Assembly: GCA_948857205.1 (NCBI GenBank)
Contig: CAQPRV010000062.1
Coordinates: forward strand, 46-64,045
Direction of reading: 5' to 3'
Length of the DNA: 64,000 bases
Source: an uncultured Clostridia bacterium
GTDB lineage: Bacteria; Bacillota; Clostridia; TANB77; CAG-508
Positions 1 to 10,700 of this stretch are shown here, piece by piece. Each line of letters starts with the position of its first letter. Position 1 is the first letter of the stretch. The notes beneath the pieces were generated by a model. That model was not told the origin of the DNA and did no database searches. It was given only the letters and a program-made list of their open reading frames with translations. Position numbers and translations under genes: made by a program.

Positions 1-233
1 GAAGCAGGATGTTTGTCGGCTTGTTGATAAGCTTGCACAGGCGCATTTTATATGATTAGAATTTCTTAATATTTGTAAGGCAGCCGAGAATTTGAATAAA
101 TATTTTAGATATTTTTCTTCCCATTATTTAATTATCTGCCCTAAAAATCAAGATTTGTAGGGCTTAGGTAGCTTAGGCTAACAACAGTATACTGAACAGT
201 AAATATTACAATATATAAAATAAATGCTAAATA

Positions 234-275
234 AAAATCATTGAAAATACCTATGTAAATTCAATGATTTTTTAG
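234..275 (-). terminator. Rho-independent terminator hairpin downstream of spoVT (looks bidirectional)
   Basis: 13-bp inverted repeat AAAAATCATTGAA / TTCAATGATTTTT with a 14-nt loop and T-runs on both strands, about 25 nt past the spoVT stop. Confidence 0.6.
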
Positions 276-299
276 TTTTTTATAACCATTTTTTATAAA

Positions 300-854
300 T
301 TATATTTCCATTTGGCTACCTAAAAATGTAGCAGCAGATTGAGCAACCTTTTTCTCCACTTCATTCATTTGTCCACTAGGCTCTTTAGACATTAATATTA
401 CTGTACCAATAGTATCACCATTAGAAAGAATTGGGTATACTACTTGTGCATTATTTTTTCTCTCTTTACTATCATTTTTGGTTATAGGAAGTGCCATATC
501 ACTATTCTCTTTACTTGTATACACTTCTTTATCTTCCATTAATTGTTCTAATTCTTCACTAATATCTTTTTCTAAAAATTCTTTTTTAGAACCACCTGAC
601 ACAGCAATAATTGTATCTTTATCTGTAATACATGCTATATGTCCTGTTGTTTTTGAAAGAGTTTCTGCATAACCAGCAGCAAATTCTGATAACTCACCAA
701 TAGGAGAATATTTCTTTAATATTACTTGACCTTCTCTATCTGTAAATATTTCTAATGGGTCACCCTCTTTTATTCTTAATGTTTTTCTTATTTCTTTTGG
801 AATTACTACTCTTCCTAAATCATCTATTCTTCTTACAACACCTGTTGCTTTCAT
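300..854 (-). CDS. spoVT: Stage V sporulation protein T (AbrB/SpoVT-family regulator)
   Basis: ORF 300..950. N-terminal SpoVT-AbrB motif MKATGVVRRIDDLGRVVIPKEIRKTLRI plus a GAF-like C-terminal half. Start moved to ATG 852-854, which follows an AGGAGGAAA RBS. Confidence 0.85.
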   Translation of the reverse strand: MKATGVVRRIDDLGRVVIPKEIRKTLRIKEGDPLEIFTDREGQVILKKYSPIGELSEFAAGYAETLSKTTGHIACITDKDTIIAVSGGSKKEFLEKDISEELEQLMEDKEVYTSKENSDMALPITKNDSKERKNNAQVVYPILSNGDTIGTVILMSKEPSGQMNEVEKKVAQSAATFLGSQMEI

Positions 855-1014
855 AAGATTTCCTCCTTTTAATTTTTTGTCTAATTTTAGTATGTCAAAA
901 AAGGAATTTTTTATACAAAAAAGAAAAACTTTAAAATAAAGTTTTTCCAAAAATTAAGATTGTAGCTTTTATACAATAGTAAAGTATAACTTTCCTATTG
1001 TATAAAGTATTACC

Positions 1015-2991
1015 TTATACTATATTTTCATCTCTTTCTAAAAAATTGTCTTTTTTATATTTATCTAAAATATAACCTAAACTATCTGCTAAATCTTTAA
1101 GCATTACAATTTTTATAGATTGTTCTTTTCCTTTTAGGTAATTTTCTATAACCTTTTTTAATTCTTTAATATTATCCATTTCTAATTCAATTTCTTTACT
1201 ATATCTATTAGCCCTATCTATTAGTTTTTCTTTTATTAATACTATATCTTCATTACTAGCACAAGATATCCTTTGAAATAATTGATATGGATCATAATAT
1301 TTAAAAATTGGTATTTTCATACATTCATTATAAAACTTATCATAAAATATTTCCATTTTCATTGGAATACATTTAAATATTTCTTCTGCCTTTTCTGTAA
1401 ACATTTTATCTAATAATTGTTCATTTAAAATATTAAAATGATTTAATATTTCATCCATATCTTCTGTTACATCGCCTATTGCTATTTTTCCCAATTCTTC
1501 ATTAACATTTGGGCAATATTGAGATGTAAGTGATGAGACATTCATACCATTAAAAAATAAATTTTTTAATGTCTTTAAGTCATATCCTATAAGCCCTTTT
1601 CTAGAAAAATAGCTAAAATATGCAAATAATTTTACAATATCTATAAGTTTCAACTTTCCCTCTAATACTTGTTGTAAAACTTCTCTAATTATTGTTTCAA
1701 ATTGCTCATCTGATATTTTCCAATACTCTTCTGTAAGTAGTCTTTTATATGATGGTAAATTTTCTGTATCCACTGTATTTCTTATTGTTTCCATATTTTC
1801 TTTAAATAATTTCATATCAAAAATACGAGTTCTTACATAATATTCTATAAATTTAAAAAATCGATATTCTGATTTAAAATTATAATAATAATTGTTATCG
1901 AATTCTTTTATATAAAATTGTCTATTGTCCATTAATATTCTTGAAGAAACTAATATTGCTTTATATTCTTCATTGTCCTTTATATTTATAAATTTGTCTT
2001 TTGTAATTTTCCCTGCTTTTATTTCAAAAGAAATCGCAATTGTGAAAATTAACATTGTTTGCATTATTCTATTATTAATATTTGGATATGATTTATTTAC
2101 CATTTCATATATCTTTTTAAAATCATTTAATGCATGTTTTAAAATTCTTAAATTTCTTGTACCACTTTTATTAAATGTTGAAATAATTAGACCTGTATTT
2201 TCTCTAAGACATCTTATTAAATCTGGATTATTTTCATATCTCATTAATATGCCATTTATTATATAGTCAAATTTTGGTGCATATTCAAAGGTTTCTCCAA
2301 TTAACTTTTCCTTTATTCTTTCATAATCATTTGCTTTATCAAATACATGCTCTATTTTATCCTGAATCTTTTCAACCATTGGTATATCTGACTTATTTAA
2401 TTCTCCTTGTTTATCTAAAAGATATGTTGCTATAAATGTTTTCATTTCTATATTTGAACTTTTTAATTTTGTTGCTAGTTCTTTTTCATTACATATTATT
2501 ATTGTTTTTATATGATCGTGCTCCACAAAATTGTTTATATATCCTAATATATCAATAACATCTACATTTGCTCTTTCTAAATCGTCAAAGCATAAAACCT
2601 TATCATCTGTTGAAAAAAATTCATCATAATTTATTTTGTCTCCATTTTGTGTAACTCCAAAAAGATTTGCCATATCTATTCCTGTTTTTGCATATTCTGG
2701 AATAATAGTTTTTTCATGTGTATCCATATATTTTCGTAAATTCTTATCCATTAATTGTGTTGTTTCAATAAATATCTTTTTGCTTATTTCTTCTAAATTT
2801 GAAATTCCATATAAAGACATATATATTGTTGTATATCTTTTTCCATTTAATTGCATTGATTCAATTTTTTTACGTACTTTATTGTTCCAAAAATGAGTCT
2901 TCCCTGAACCCCATTCTCCATTAATCATAACTGCATAATCTGTATAATCTGATCTTATATAATCTAATATACTTTCCACTAAATCTTCCAT
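1015..2991 (-). CDS. KAP-family P-loop NTPase
   Basis: 658-aa ORF with N-terminal Walker A INGEWGSGKTHFWNN and Walker B-like VLCFDDLERA. Size and layout are typical of KAP NTPases. Confidence 0.65.
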   Translation of the reverse strand: MEDLVESILDYIRSDYTDYAVMINGEWGSGKTHFWNNKVRKKIESMQLNGKRYTTIYMSLYGISNLEEISKKIFIETTQLMDKNLRKYMDTHEKTIIPEYAKTGIDMANLFGVTQNGDKINYDEFFSTDDKVLCFDDLERANVDVIDILGYINNFVEHDHIKTIIICNEKELATKLKSSNIEMKTFIATYLLDKQGELNKSDIPMVEKIQDKIEHVFDKANDYERIKEKLIGETFEYAPKFDYIINGILMRYENNPDLIRCLRENTGLIISTFNKSGTRNLRILKHALNDFKKIYEMVNKSYPNINNRIMQTMLIFTIAISFEIKAGKITKDKFINIKDNEEYKAILVSSRILMDNRQFYIKEFDNNYYYNFKSEYRFFKFIEYYVRTRIFDMKLFKENMETIRNTVDTENLPSYKRLLTEEYWKISDEQFETIIREVLQQVLEGKLKLIDIVKLFAYFSYFSRKGLIGYDLKTLKNLFFNGMNVSSLTSQYCPNVNEELGKIAIGDVTEDMDEILNHFNILNEQLLDKMFTEKAEEIFKCIPMKMEIFYDKFYNECMKIPIFKYYDPYQLFQRISCASNEDIVLIKEKLIDRANRYSKEIELEMDNIKELKKVIENYLKGKEQSIKIVMLKDLADSLGYILDKYKKDNFLERDENIV

Positions 2992-3027
2992 TATTTCTCC
3001 TTTGCTAGTTTTCTAATTTATTTTTGA

Positions 3028-3708
3028 TTAGTCTTTTGCAATAGTTAAAACACATATACTCTTTGGCTTTGCTTCTACTAATATTCTACTACATTCATTA
3101 ACAGTACTTCCTGTTGTGTATATATCATCTAATAATACAATTTTTTTACCTTTTAATTTTCTTCCATTTTGCAAAATATATGCACCTTGTATATTTAAAA
3201 TTCTTTGTTCTCTATTTAATTTACTTTGTTCAATAATATTTTTTACTTTTATTAGACAATTATCTTTGTACTCTAAATTAATAAGATTCGCAATTTCTCT
3301 TGCAATTAACTCGCTTTGATTATAACCTCTTTCATTTCTTCTCTTTTTTCCTATTGGAATTGGTATTATTGTATCATAAGAACTTAAAAATTTAAATAAA
3401 AATTCTTGTTTTAATATCATTTTAAAAATGGTTTTATATAAAAATGGTTTTTCTCTAAATTTATATTCTAATAATAACTTTCTAATAAAACCTTCATACT
3501 TAAAAAAGCAAATTAATGCATCAAAGTATTTATCTTGCACATAATTATCAAAAAAAATATTATATTGTTTATTTAATTTTAATTCACACTTTTTACATAA
3601 AGAATTTTTATCTATTTTTCCACAAATCCCACAAACTTGTGGATAAATAAGGTCTAATGTACTACTTGTGAGATTTTTAATTTGTCTTACTATTTTTATT
3701 TATATCAT
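3028..3708 (-). CDS. comFC: ComF-family protein (ComFC-like phosphoribosyltransferase); start unresolved
   Basis: PRTase motif VLLDDIYTTGSTV in ORF 3028..3540. The in-frame upstream sequence encodes the typical zinc ribbon LDLIYPQVCGICGK..LCKKC. The only RBS-linked ATG (3706-3708) is followed by an in-frame TAA at codon 3 (3700-3702). Confidence 0.7.
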
Positions 3709-3906
3709 CTCCTTTATTTTGTCTTTTACGCATTTTTATGTGTTCTTTTGTATTTATTTTTTGATATTTTATAGAATTAAAAAATTTCTAATTATTCTTA
3801 GAATTAAATTATTTTTAAATATTATATTATGATAAAAAGTTTTATTTTTTCTTCTTTATATTAAATTGTGAAAATTATATAATATATTTTTATTTTTTTC
3901 AACAAT

Positions 3907-3937
3907 TTGTATTATTTATAATAATTAGTGGTATAAT
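3907..3937 (+). promoter_or_regulatory. Candidate sigma-A promoter for mgtA (extended -10)
   Basis: TGgTATAAT extended -10 at 3929-3937, weak -35 (TTGTAT) at 3907-3912, about 35 nt upstream of the mgtA ATG. Confidence 0.3.
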
Positions 3938-3971
3938 TTTAAGGTATTACTAAAGAAGGAGATGATATTTA

Positions 3972-6578
3972 ATGGCAAATTCAAAAGAAGAAGTAAATGT
4001 CTCTAAAATGTATGGTCAAGAATGTATACTTCCAAAAGAAGAATTTTTTAAAAATTTTGAAGTAAATGAAAAAGGATTAACCACAAATAAAGCTAATGAA
4101 AAACTACATACTTATGGATATAATGAAATTACACAAAATAAACCAAAAAAGTGGTATAATTATTTATTTGAAAGCTTATTCAGTCCATTTAACTGTATAT
4201 TACTAGGAATTGTAGCAATATTATTTTATACTGATGTTTATTTACCAGAAACACCAAGTTATGCAAATATAATAGTAATTGCAATATTGGTTTCAGCAAG
4301 TACTTTGCTAGAATTCTTTGAAGAATATCGTTCTAATAAGGCAGCTGAAAAATTAAAAGAACTAGTTGCAACCACCACTACTGTATTACGAGATGATAAA
4401 GAAGTTCAAATTCCAATAAAAGAAGTTGTATTAGGAGATATTGTTATTTTGTCTGCTGGTAGTATGATTCCAGCTGATTTAAGAATAATTGAAGCAAAAG
4501 ACTTATATGTAGGACAATCTTCTTTAACTGGAGAATCTGATGCAGTAAGAAAAAATGTTAATTCTGAAATTTCTTTAGATGAGTTAGATAATATATCAGA
4601 TTTAGATACTATTTGTTTTATGGGTACAAATGTAATTAGTGGTTCAGCAAAAGGTGTTGTTATAAAAACTGCTGATAGTACCTATTTTGGTAAAGTTGCA
4701 CATACAATTACAACTGGGAAACCAAAATCTTCTTTCCAACAAGGAATAGAAAACATAAGTAAACTATTAATAAAATTCATGCTAATTTTAACACCTATAG
4801 TATTTATTTTAAATGCATGGAAACACAGTCCAGTAACTGCTTTTACTTTTGCAGTTGCAATAGCAATTTGTATTACCCCTTTACTACTTCCTGTAATTAC
4901 ATCTTCTAGCCTTTCAAAAGGTGCTGTAAAGATGTCAAAGAAGAAAACAATTGTAAAAAAATTGGACTCAATACAAAACTTTGGTGCAATGAATATTTTA
5001 TGTACTGATAAAACTGGTACTTTAACAGAAGATAAAATTGTACTAGAAAAGTATTTAGATATTAATGGAGAAGAAGACTTAAGAGTTTTGAAACATGCCT
5101 TTTTAAATTCTTATTTCCAAACTGGATTAAAAGGAAATATAGATGAAGCAGTTATATCTAGAGGATTAACAAATAATATGAGTGAATATGTTGAAAAATA
5201 TAAATTAGTTGATGAAATTCCTTTTGATTTTACTCGTAGAAGGCTTTCTGTTATTGTTAGTGATGCTTCAAAAACACAATTAATTACTAAAGGTGCGGTT
5301 GAAGAAATATTAAGCATTTGTACTATGGTAGATTATAAGGGACAAGTATCACCTTTAACCAAAGAAATTAAAGATAATATAAAAAAGATTTCTAAGGATT
5401 TGAATAAAGATGGATTAAGAGTTATAGCAGTCTGCCAAAAAAATGATTTAGAAAACACCACAAATTTTAGCGTATCAAATGAAAAAAATATGATTTTATT
5501 GGGCTTTATAGGTTTCTTAGATCCACCTAAAGAAAGTGCAAAATCCTCAATAGAAAAGTTAAATAATGCTGGTATAAGAGTAGTAGTTTTAACAGGTGAT
5601 AATGCTGAAGTTACAAAATGTATTTGTAAAAAAGTTGGTATTAATTCTAGAAGAATTATTGAAGGAAGCCAAATTGAGAAGCTTTCTGATGTAGCAATAA
5701 TACGTTTGTTGAGAAATACTAATATATTTGTTAAACTATCTCCAATTCAAAAAGCAAGAATTGTAAGACTTCTTAAAGAAAATGGTAATGTAGTTGGTTA
5801 CATGGGTGATGGTATTAATGATGCTCCTTCTTTAACTAACTCTGATGTTGGTATTTCAGTTGATACTGCTGTGGATATTGCTAAGGAATCTGCTGATATT
5901 ATTTTACTTGAAAAAGATTTACATGTGTTATTAGATGGCGTTACTGAAGGAAGAAAAACTTTTGGTAATTTAATGAAATATATTAAAATGGCAACAAGTT
6001 TCAATTTTGGTGAAGTTATGTCAGTAATTATTGCTAGTGTTGCTCTACCTTTTTTACCTGAAACTCCAATTCAATTATTGGTAGAAGGTCTTTTATATGA
6101 CTTTGGTCAACTGACTTTACCTTTTGATAATGTAGATAAAGAGTATTTACAAAAACCTAGACAATTTAGTATTAAAAGTTTAAAAAACTTTATGTTATTT
6201 ATGGGTCCCCTAAGTTCTGCTTTTGATTTAATAGTTTTTGCTAGCTTATGGTTTGTTTTTCATTTAAGAGAAGTTGCATTGTTCCAAACTGTATGGTTTA
6301 CTTATAGTATTGTTTCTAATCTTCTTGGAATGCATATTATTAGGACTGCTAAAATTCCTTTTATTCAAAGTAATGCAAATAAAATGGTGTATCTATCTTC
6401 TATTTTGCTTAGTATTGCTGGTATTGTTGTTCCGTTTACTTGGCTTGGTAAAGCTATTGGTCTTGTTCCAATACCTTTTGCTTATATGTCTATTATTATT
6501 GGTGTACCAATTCTTTATTGCGTTGTTGCTATCTTTGCTAAAAAGGTCTATATTAAAAAATATGGCGAATGGATTTAA
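3972..6578 (+). CDS. mgtA: Magnesium-translocating P-type ATPase
   Basis: 868 aa with P-type motifs TGES, CTDKTGTLT, MGDGINDAPSL and a multi-TM layout. Overall similarity pattern matches the MgtA/MgtB class. Confidence 0.85.
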   Translation: MANSKEEVNVSKMYGQECILPKEEFFKNFEVNEKGLTTNKANEKLHTYGYNEITQNKPKKWYNYLFESLFSPFNCILLGIVAILFYTDVYLPETPSYANIIVIAILVSASTLLEFFEEYRSNKAAEKLKELVATTTTVLRDDKEVQIPIKEVVLGDIVILSAGSMIPADLRIIEAKDLYVGQSSLTGESDAVRKNVNSEISLDELDNISDLDTICFMGTNVISGSAKGVVIKTADSTYFGKVAHTITTGKPKSSFQQGIENISKLLIKFMLILTPIVFILNAWKHSPVTAFTFAVAIAICITPLLLPVITSSSLSKGAVKMSKKKTIVKKLDSIQNFGAMNILCTDKTGTLTEDKIVLEKYLDINGEEDLRVLKHAFLNSYFQTGLKGNIDEAVISRGLTNNMSEYVEKYKLVDEIPFDFTRRRLSVIVSDASKTQLITKGAVEEILSICTMVDYKGQVSPLTKEIKDNIKKISKDLNKDGLRVIAVCQKNDLENTTNFSVSNEKNMILLGFIGFLDPPKESAKSSIEKLNNAGIRVVVLTGDNAEVTKCICKKVGINSRRIIEGSQIEKLSDVAIIRLLRNTNIFVKLSPIQKARIVRLLKENGNVVGYMGDGINDAPSLTNSDVGISVDTAVDIAKESADIILLEKDLHVLLDGVTEGRKTFGNLMKYIKMATSFNFGEVMSVIIASVALPFLPETPIQLLVEGLLYDFGQLTLPFDNVDKEYLQKPRQFSIKSLKNFMLFMGPLSSAFDLIVFASLWFVFHLREVALFQTVWFTYSIVSNLLGMHIIRTAKIPFIQSNANKMVYLSSILLSIAGIVVPFTWLGKAIGLVPIPFAYMSIIIGVPILYCVVAIFAKKVYIKKYGEWI

Positions 6579-6600
6579 TAAAACATTTAAAATAATTTAA

Positions 6601-6630
6601 AAAAATCTCTCCAAAATGAGAGATTTTTTT
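6601..6630 (+). terminator. Rho-independent terminator after mgtA
   Basis: AAAAATCTCTC caaaat GAGAGATTTTTTT hairpin plus T-run, about 20 nt after the mgtA stop. Confidence 0.75.
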
Positions 6631-6686
6631 GTTTGCTTTATTTTCTTAAATTGCAATATTTGTACTATATTCCATCTCTATTGTCA

Positions 6687-7712
6687 TCATGATTTTTTCC
6701 TCCGTCCTAAAAAGTCGCTTTTTTGTTTTTTCAAATATTCTGGTTTTAAATAATCAAGATATTGTATATTTCCTGTTTTATCTAAATTTCTTAGAACTTT
6801 TTCATCTGTTTCTACAAATCCTCTTTCTTCATCAAAATATAAATAATATATAATTCTATCTCTCGTTGATATTTGATATAATGCACTTTCTTTTTTATTT
6901 TCACTGTCATCTTTTAAATATATATCAAATCTTTGTATATTATTATCTTTCTTTTCTTTTTCTGTTAATAATTCTTTAAATAATTTTCTATAATATTTAC
7001 ATAATTCATAGATTTCTAATTTCGTATCTTCAGGTAAGTTATTTTTTAAGTATTTAAATATAAAATCCACTTTATACTTAAATATTATGTCCTCTTTTCT
7101 TCCTGTTTTTAGTTCGTTCTCTGATATTAATTTTTCTATATTTTTTGTATCTTGCATTTCTACTTTTATCATTTCTATAGCATCATCCATATACATACCA
7201 TATTTACAATAATTTAGTTTTTCATCCATCTTTTTTATTTCGTCAGAAGATAATACTATACATTCTGTGTTATCTAATGCTTTGTTCGATGTTGCAAATC
7301 CTATTGTCTTCATTCCTTTTTGTATTCTATATAAATCTTTATTTATATCTAAATTATAATTCTTATCATCAATTGTTACTACAAATTCTACATGTGTTTC
7401 TTTATTTGGATTATATCCTACTATTCTTGCTTTTATTTTAATTGGATCTAATTTATTTATAGTTTCACATGACACTTCTGACATTTGTTTGCATAAAGAA
7501 GCTATTTTATTTTTATAATTTCCTCTTTCTATTTGTTCTTTTGTTATAACTTCATTATACATATCATTTACATATCTATAGTCATTTATATATAAAAAAT
7601 AACGATTATACGAAAAGATATCACCCATTTTTAGATATATGTATCTTACTTTTTCTAAATCTGTTAAATTATTAGGCATATTTTCTAAAATTCTATCTAT
7701 ACTAACTTTCAT
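6687..7712 (-). CDS. Hypothetical protein (no family recognised)
   Basis: 341-aa ORF overlapping the dnaE stop by 11 nt. Contains an in-frame CGG five codons before its stop (6702-6704). Confidence 0.5.
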   Translation of the reverse strand: MKVSIDRILENMPNNLTDLEKVRYIYLKMGDIFSYNRYFLYINDYRYVNDMYNEVITKEQIERGNYKNKIASLCKQMSEVSCETINKLDPIKIKARIVGYNPNKETHVEFVVTIDDKNYNLDINKDLYRIQKGMKTIGFATSNKALDNTECIVLSSDEIKKMDEKLNYCKYGMYMDDAIEMIKVEMQDTKNIEKLISENELKTGRKEDIIFKYKVDFIFKYLKNNLPEDTKLEIYELCKYYRKLFKELLTEKEKKDNNIQRFDIYLKDDSENKKESALYQISTRDRIIYYLYFDEERGFVETDEKVLRNLDKTGNIQYLDYLKPEYLKKQKSDFLGRRKKS

Positions 7713-10700
7713 ATAATTTTACCTTTTCTTTCCCTAATATATTTTCAAATACTGTTATAATTTGATCTGTTAAATAAATTTGTCCACAAGGCTTAATGTC
7801 TTCTCCAATTTTTATTTGTACATTTATATTATTTTTATCCCCACTAAAATATTTAATAGCCCCTCTCAATTTTTCTTTTTGCTCATCTTTTGCACTTGTT
7901 ATATCTAATGTAAAAATCTTAACCTTTTTTTCTCCAAAATCTCTAATATCATTAGCTATAATGGTAGTTGTATCATCTTCACGAATACTTAGTCTGCCAT
8001 CAACCATAACAATATTTTCCTCTATTAAACTTTTTCCTGCTTTTAAGTATGCATTTTCAAACACAATTATTTCTGCTACTCCATATAAATCTTCAATTGT
8101 TACAAAAGCCATAATTTTGTTATTTTTTGTATATTTCTTTTTTATTGATGTTATAATTCCTACATATTTTACATTTTGACCATCTTTATACTTTAATTTT
8201 GATGTATTTTTTGATATTTCAATTTCTTCATCATTTATATTTGTGTTCATCTGTTCATCTATATTTCTTAATTCCATTGTGTTAATTGTTGCTTGTGTCT
8301 CAATTTGATTCCTTATTTTTTCTAAGGGATGTCCGAGAAATATAAATTCCTAGCATTTCTTTTTCTAAGGATAATAGTTCTTTATTTTGTAATTCTTCAT
8401 GTTCTTCAAAGGTATATTTAATTTCCTTTAATTCTTCTTTTTCTTCCTCTGTTCCTATATCAAACATTGATACTTGTCCTTTTAAGCCTTTTTTCTTTCC
8501 TGCTTGTATTGTATCAATTATAGTTTCAAAAGATGCTAAAAGTGTACTTCTTGTTTGCTCAAATTCATCAAATACTCCCGCTTTTATTAGACTTTCTATA
8601 CATTTTTTATTAACCGCTTCATCTGCTATTCTTTCACAGAAGTCTGTAAAGTTTTTATATGGTCCGTTTTCGTTTCTTTCTTTAACAATACTATTTACTG
8701 GAACTGTTCCAACATTTTTTATACTTCCGAAGCCCAAAACGAACTTTTCCAATTTTTTGTATATCTTTTGTTATTTCGTTTTTATTACTTTTTACATCCT
8801 CAACAGTAAATTTTGTATTACTATGATTTATTTCTGGCTTCAATATTTCTATTCCAAGAGTTTTACACTCATCTATATATTGTGGTATCTTATCTAAATT
8901 TCCTAAAAAACTATTTAGAGTTGCAGCCATAAATTCTGCTGGATAATAGGCTTTTAAATATGCAGTTCTATAGGCTACTACTGCATAACATGCTGCATGT
9001 GATTTATTAAAAGCATATTTTGCAAATTCAGCCATTTCATCAAATATCTTATCTGCGGATTTTTCATCTATTCCATTTCTTACACAACCTGTAACTACTA
9101 CATTTCCTTCTTCATCCACTTGTCCATGAATAAATATCTCTCTTTCTTTTGCCATAACATCTAGCTTTTTCTTTCCCATTGCTCTTCTTACTAAATCTGC
9201 TCTTCCTAGAGAATATCCTGCTAAATCACGTACTATTTGCATAACTTGTTCTTGATATACCATACATCCATAGGTTACATTTAATATTGGCTCTAAACTT
9301 GGATGTGTATATTCGTTATGCCCTGGATGTAATTTTCCTTTTACATATCTTGGTATTTGATCCATAGGTCCTGGTCTATATAAGGAAACTCCTGCTATTA
9401 AGTCTTCTAAACAGTCTGGTTTTAATTCTTTCATAAAGTTTGTCATACCTTGAGACTCAAATTGAAATATTCCACAACTTTTTCCTTCTTGCCATAATTT
9501 ATATACTTTTGGATCTGCCATTTCTTTATCAAATTCTACATCAATTCCTCTATTTTCTTTTACCAAATCTAATGTATCTTGAATAACTGTTAAGGTTCTT
9601 AAGCCTAAAAAATCCATTTTTAGTAGTCCTAATTCTTCTAAGGTTGTCATTATATATTGTGTTGAAATCTGATTATCTCGTACATATAAGGGTACATAAG
9701 TATCTACTGGATCTTTTGTTATAACTATCCCGACATGCATGTGTTGATGCCTGTCTTGGCATTCCTTCTAGCCCCATTGCTACATCTAAAACCTTTTTTA
9801 CTGTCTCATCTGTTTCATATAAATCGTTCAATTCTTTATTTTGATCTAATGCCTTTTTTATTGTTATGTGCAATTCGTTAGGAATCATTTTTGCTAGATT
9901 ATCCGCTTCAGAATATGCAACATCTAAAACTCTTGACACATCTCGAATTACCATTCTGGCAGACATTGTTCCAAAAGTTATAATCTGTGAAACATGATCA
10001 TGACCATATTTTTCTGAAACATAATCTATTACATCTTGCCTATGCTCATAACAAAAGTCAACATCAAAGTCAGGCATACTAATTCTTTCTGGATTCAAAA
10101 ATCTTTCAAAAAGCAATCCATATTTCATAGGATCAATATCTGTAATTTCTATTGCATAAGCAATAATTGAACCAGCACCGAGAACCTCTACCTGGTCCTA
10201 CTGGAATTCTATGTGTTTTAGCATAATGAATAAAATCCCATACAATTAAGAAATAGTCTACATATCCCATTTCTTTAATTACATTTAATTCATATTCTGC
10301 TCTATCTAATATTTCTTTTGATGGATTTTCTCCATATCTATTTTTAATACCATCATCACATAATTTTTTAAAATAATCGTAGTGTGTTGCAAATTCTTTT
10401 GGAACATCATAATTTGGAAGTATTGTATTTCCAAATTCAAATTCTACATTACATTTTTCTGCAATTTTTACAGTATTTTCAATTGCATCAGGAAATGCTT
10501 TAAAATACTCACTCATTTCCTCTGGCGATTTTACATATAATTCATCTGTTTCAAACCTCATTCTGTCAAGATCACTCATTCTTTTACCTGTTTGTATACA
10601 CAATAAAACTTCATGATTATATGCATCTTCTCTTTTTAAATAATGTGCATCATTTGTAGCTACAAGTTGTATATCTAGCTTCCTAGCCAGTGCTACTAGC

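Noticed and set aside
1-233. Comparatively CG-containing non-coding stretch at the window edge with a GCCCTA...TAGGGC hairpin; possible ncRNA or leader.
   Set aside because: It is truncated by the window edge, I recognised no family, and no tRNA-like cloverleaf could be drawn. Evidence is insufficient.
3700-3702. Stop-codon reassignment (TAA as sense) as an explanation for the comFC in-frame TAA.
   Set aside because: TAA terminates most of the well-conserved genes here at the expected positions (many r-protein genes, for example), so a global reassignment is untenable.
3720-3971. Possible Mg2+ (M-box) riboswitch in front of mgtA.
   Set aside because: The 250-nt leader is almost pure A/T. 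I could not find any of the G/C-rich helices expected of an M-box, only a candidate promoter.
6690-6715. Similarity between ATGATTTTTTCCTCCGTCCTAAAAA (6690-6714) and ATGATTTTTTCCTGCGTCCCAAAAA (about 42710-42734).
   Set aside because: There are only two copies of about 25 nt. Both overlap gene ends and RBS-like GGAGGAAAAAA strings, so it is probably a coincidence of SD-like sequence.
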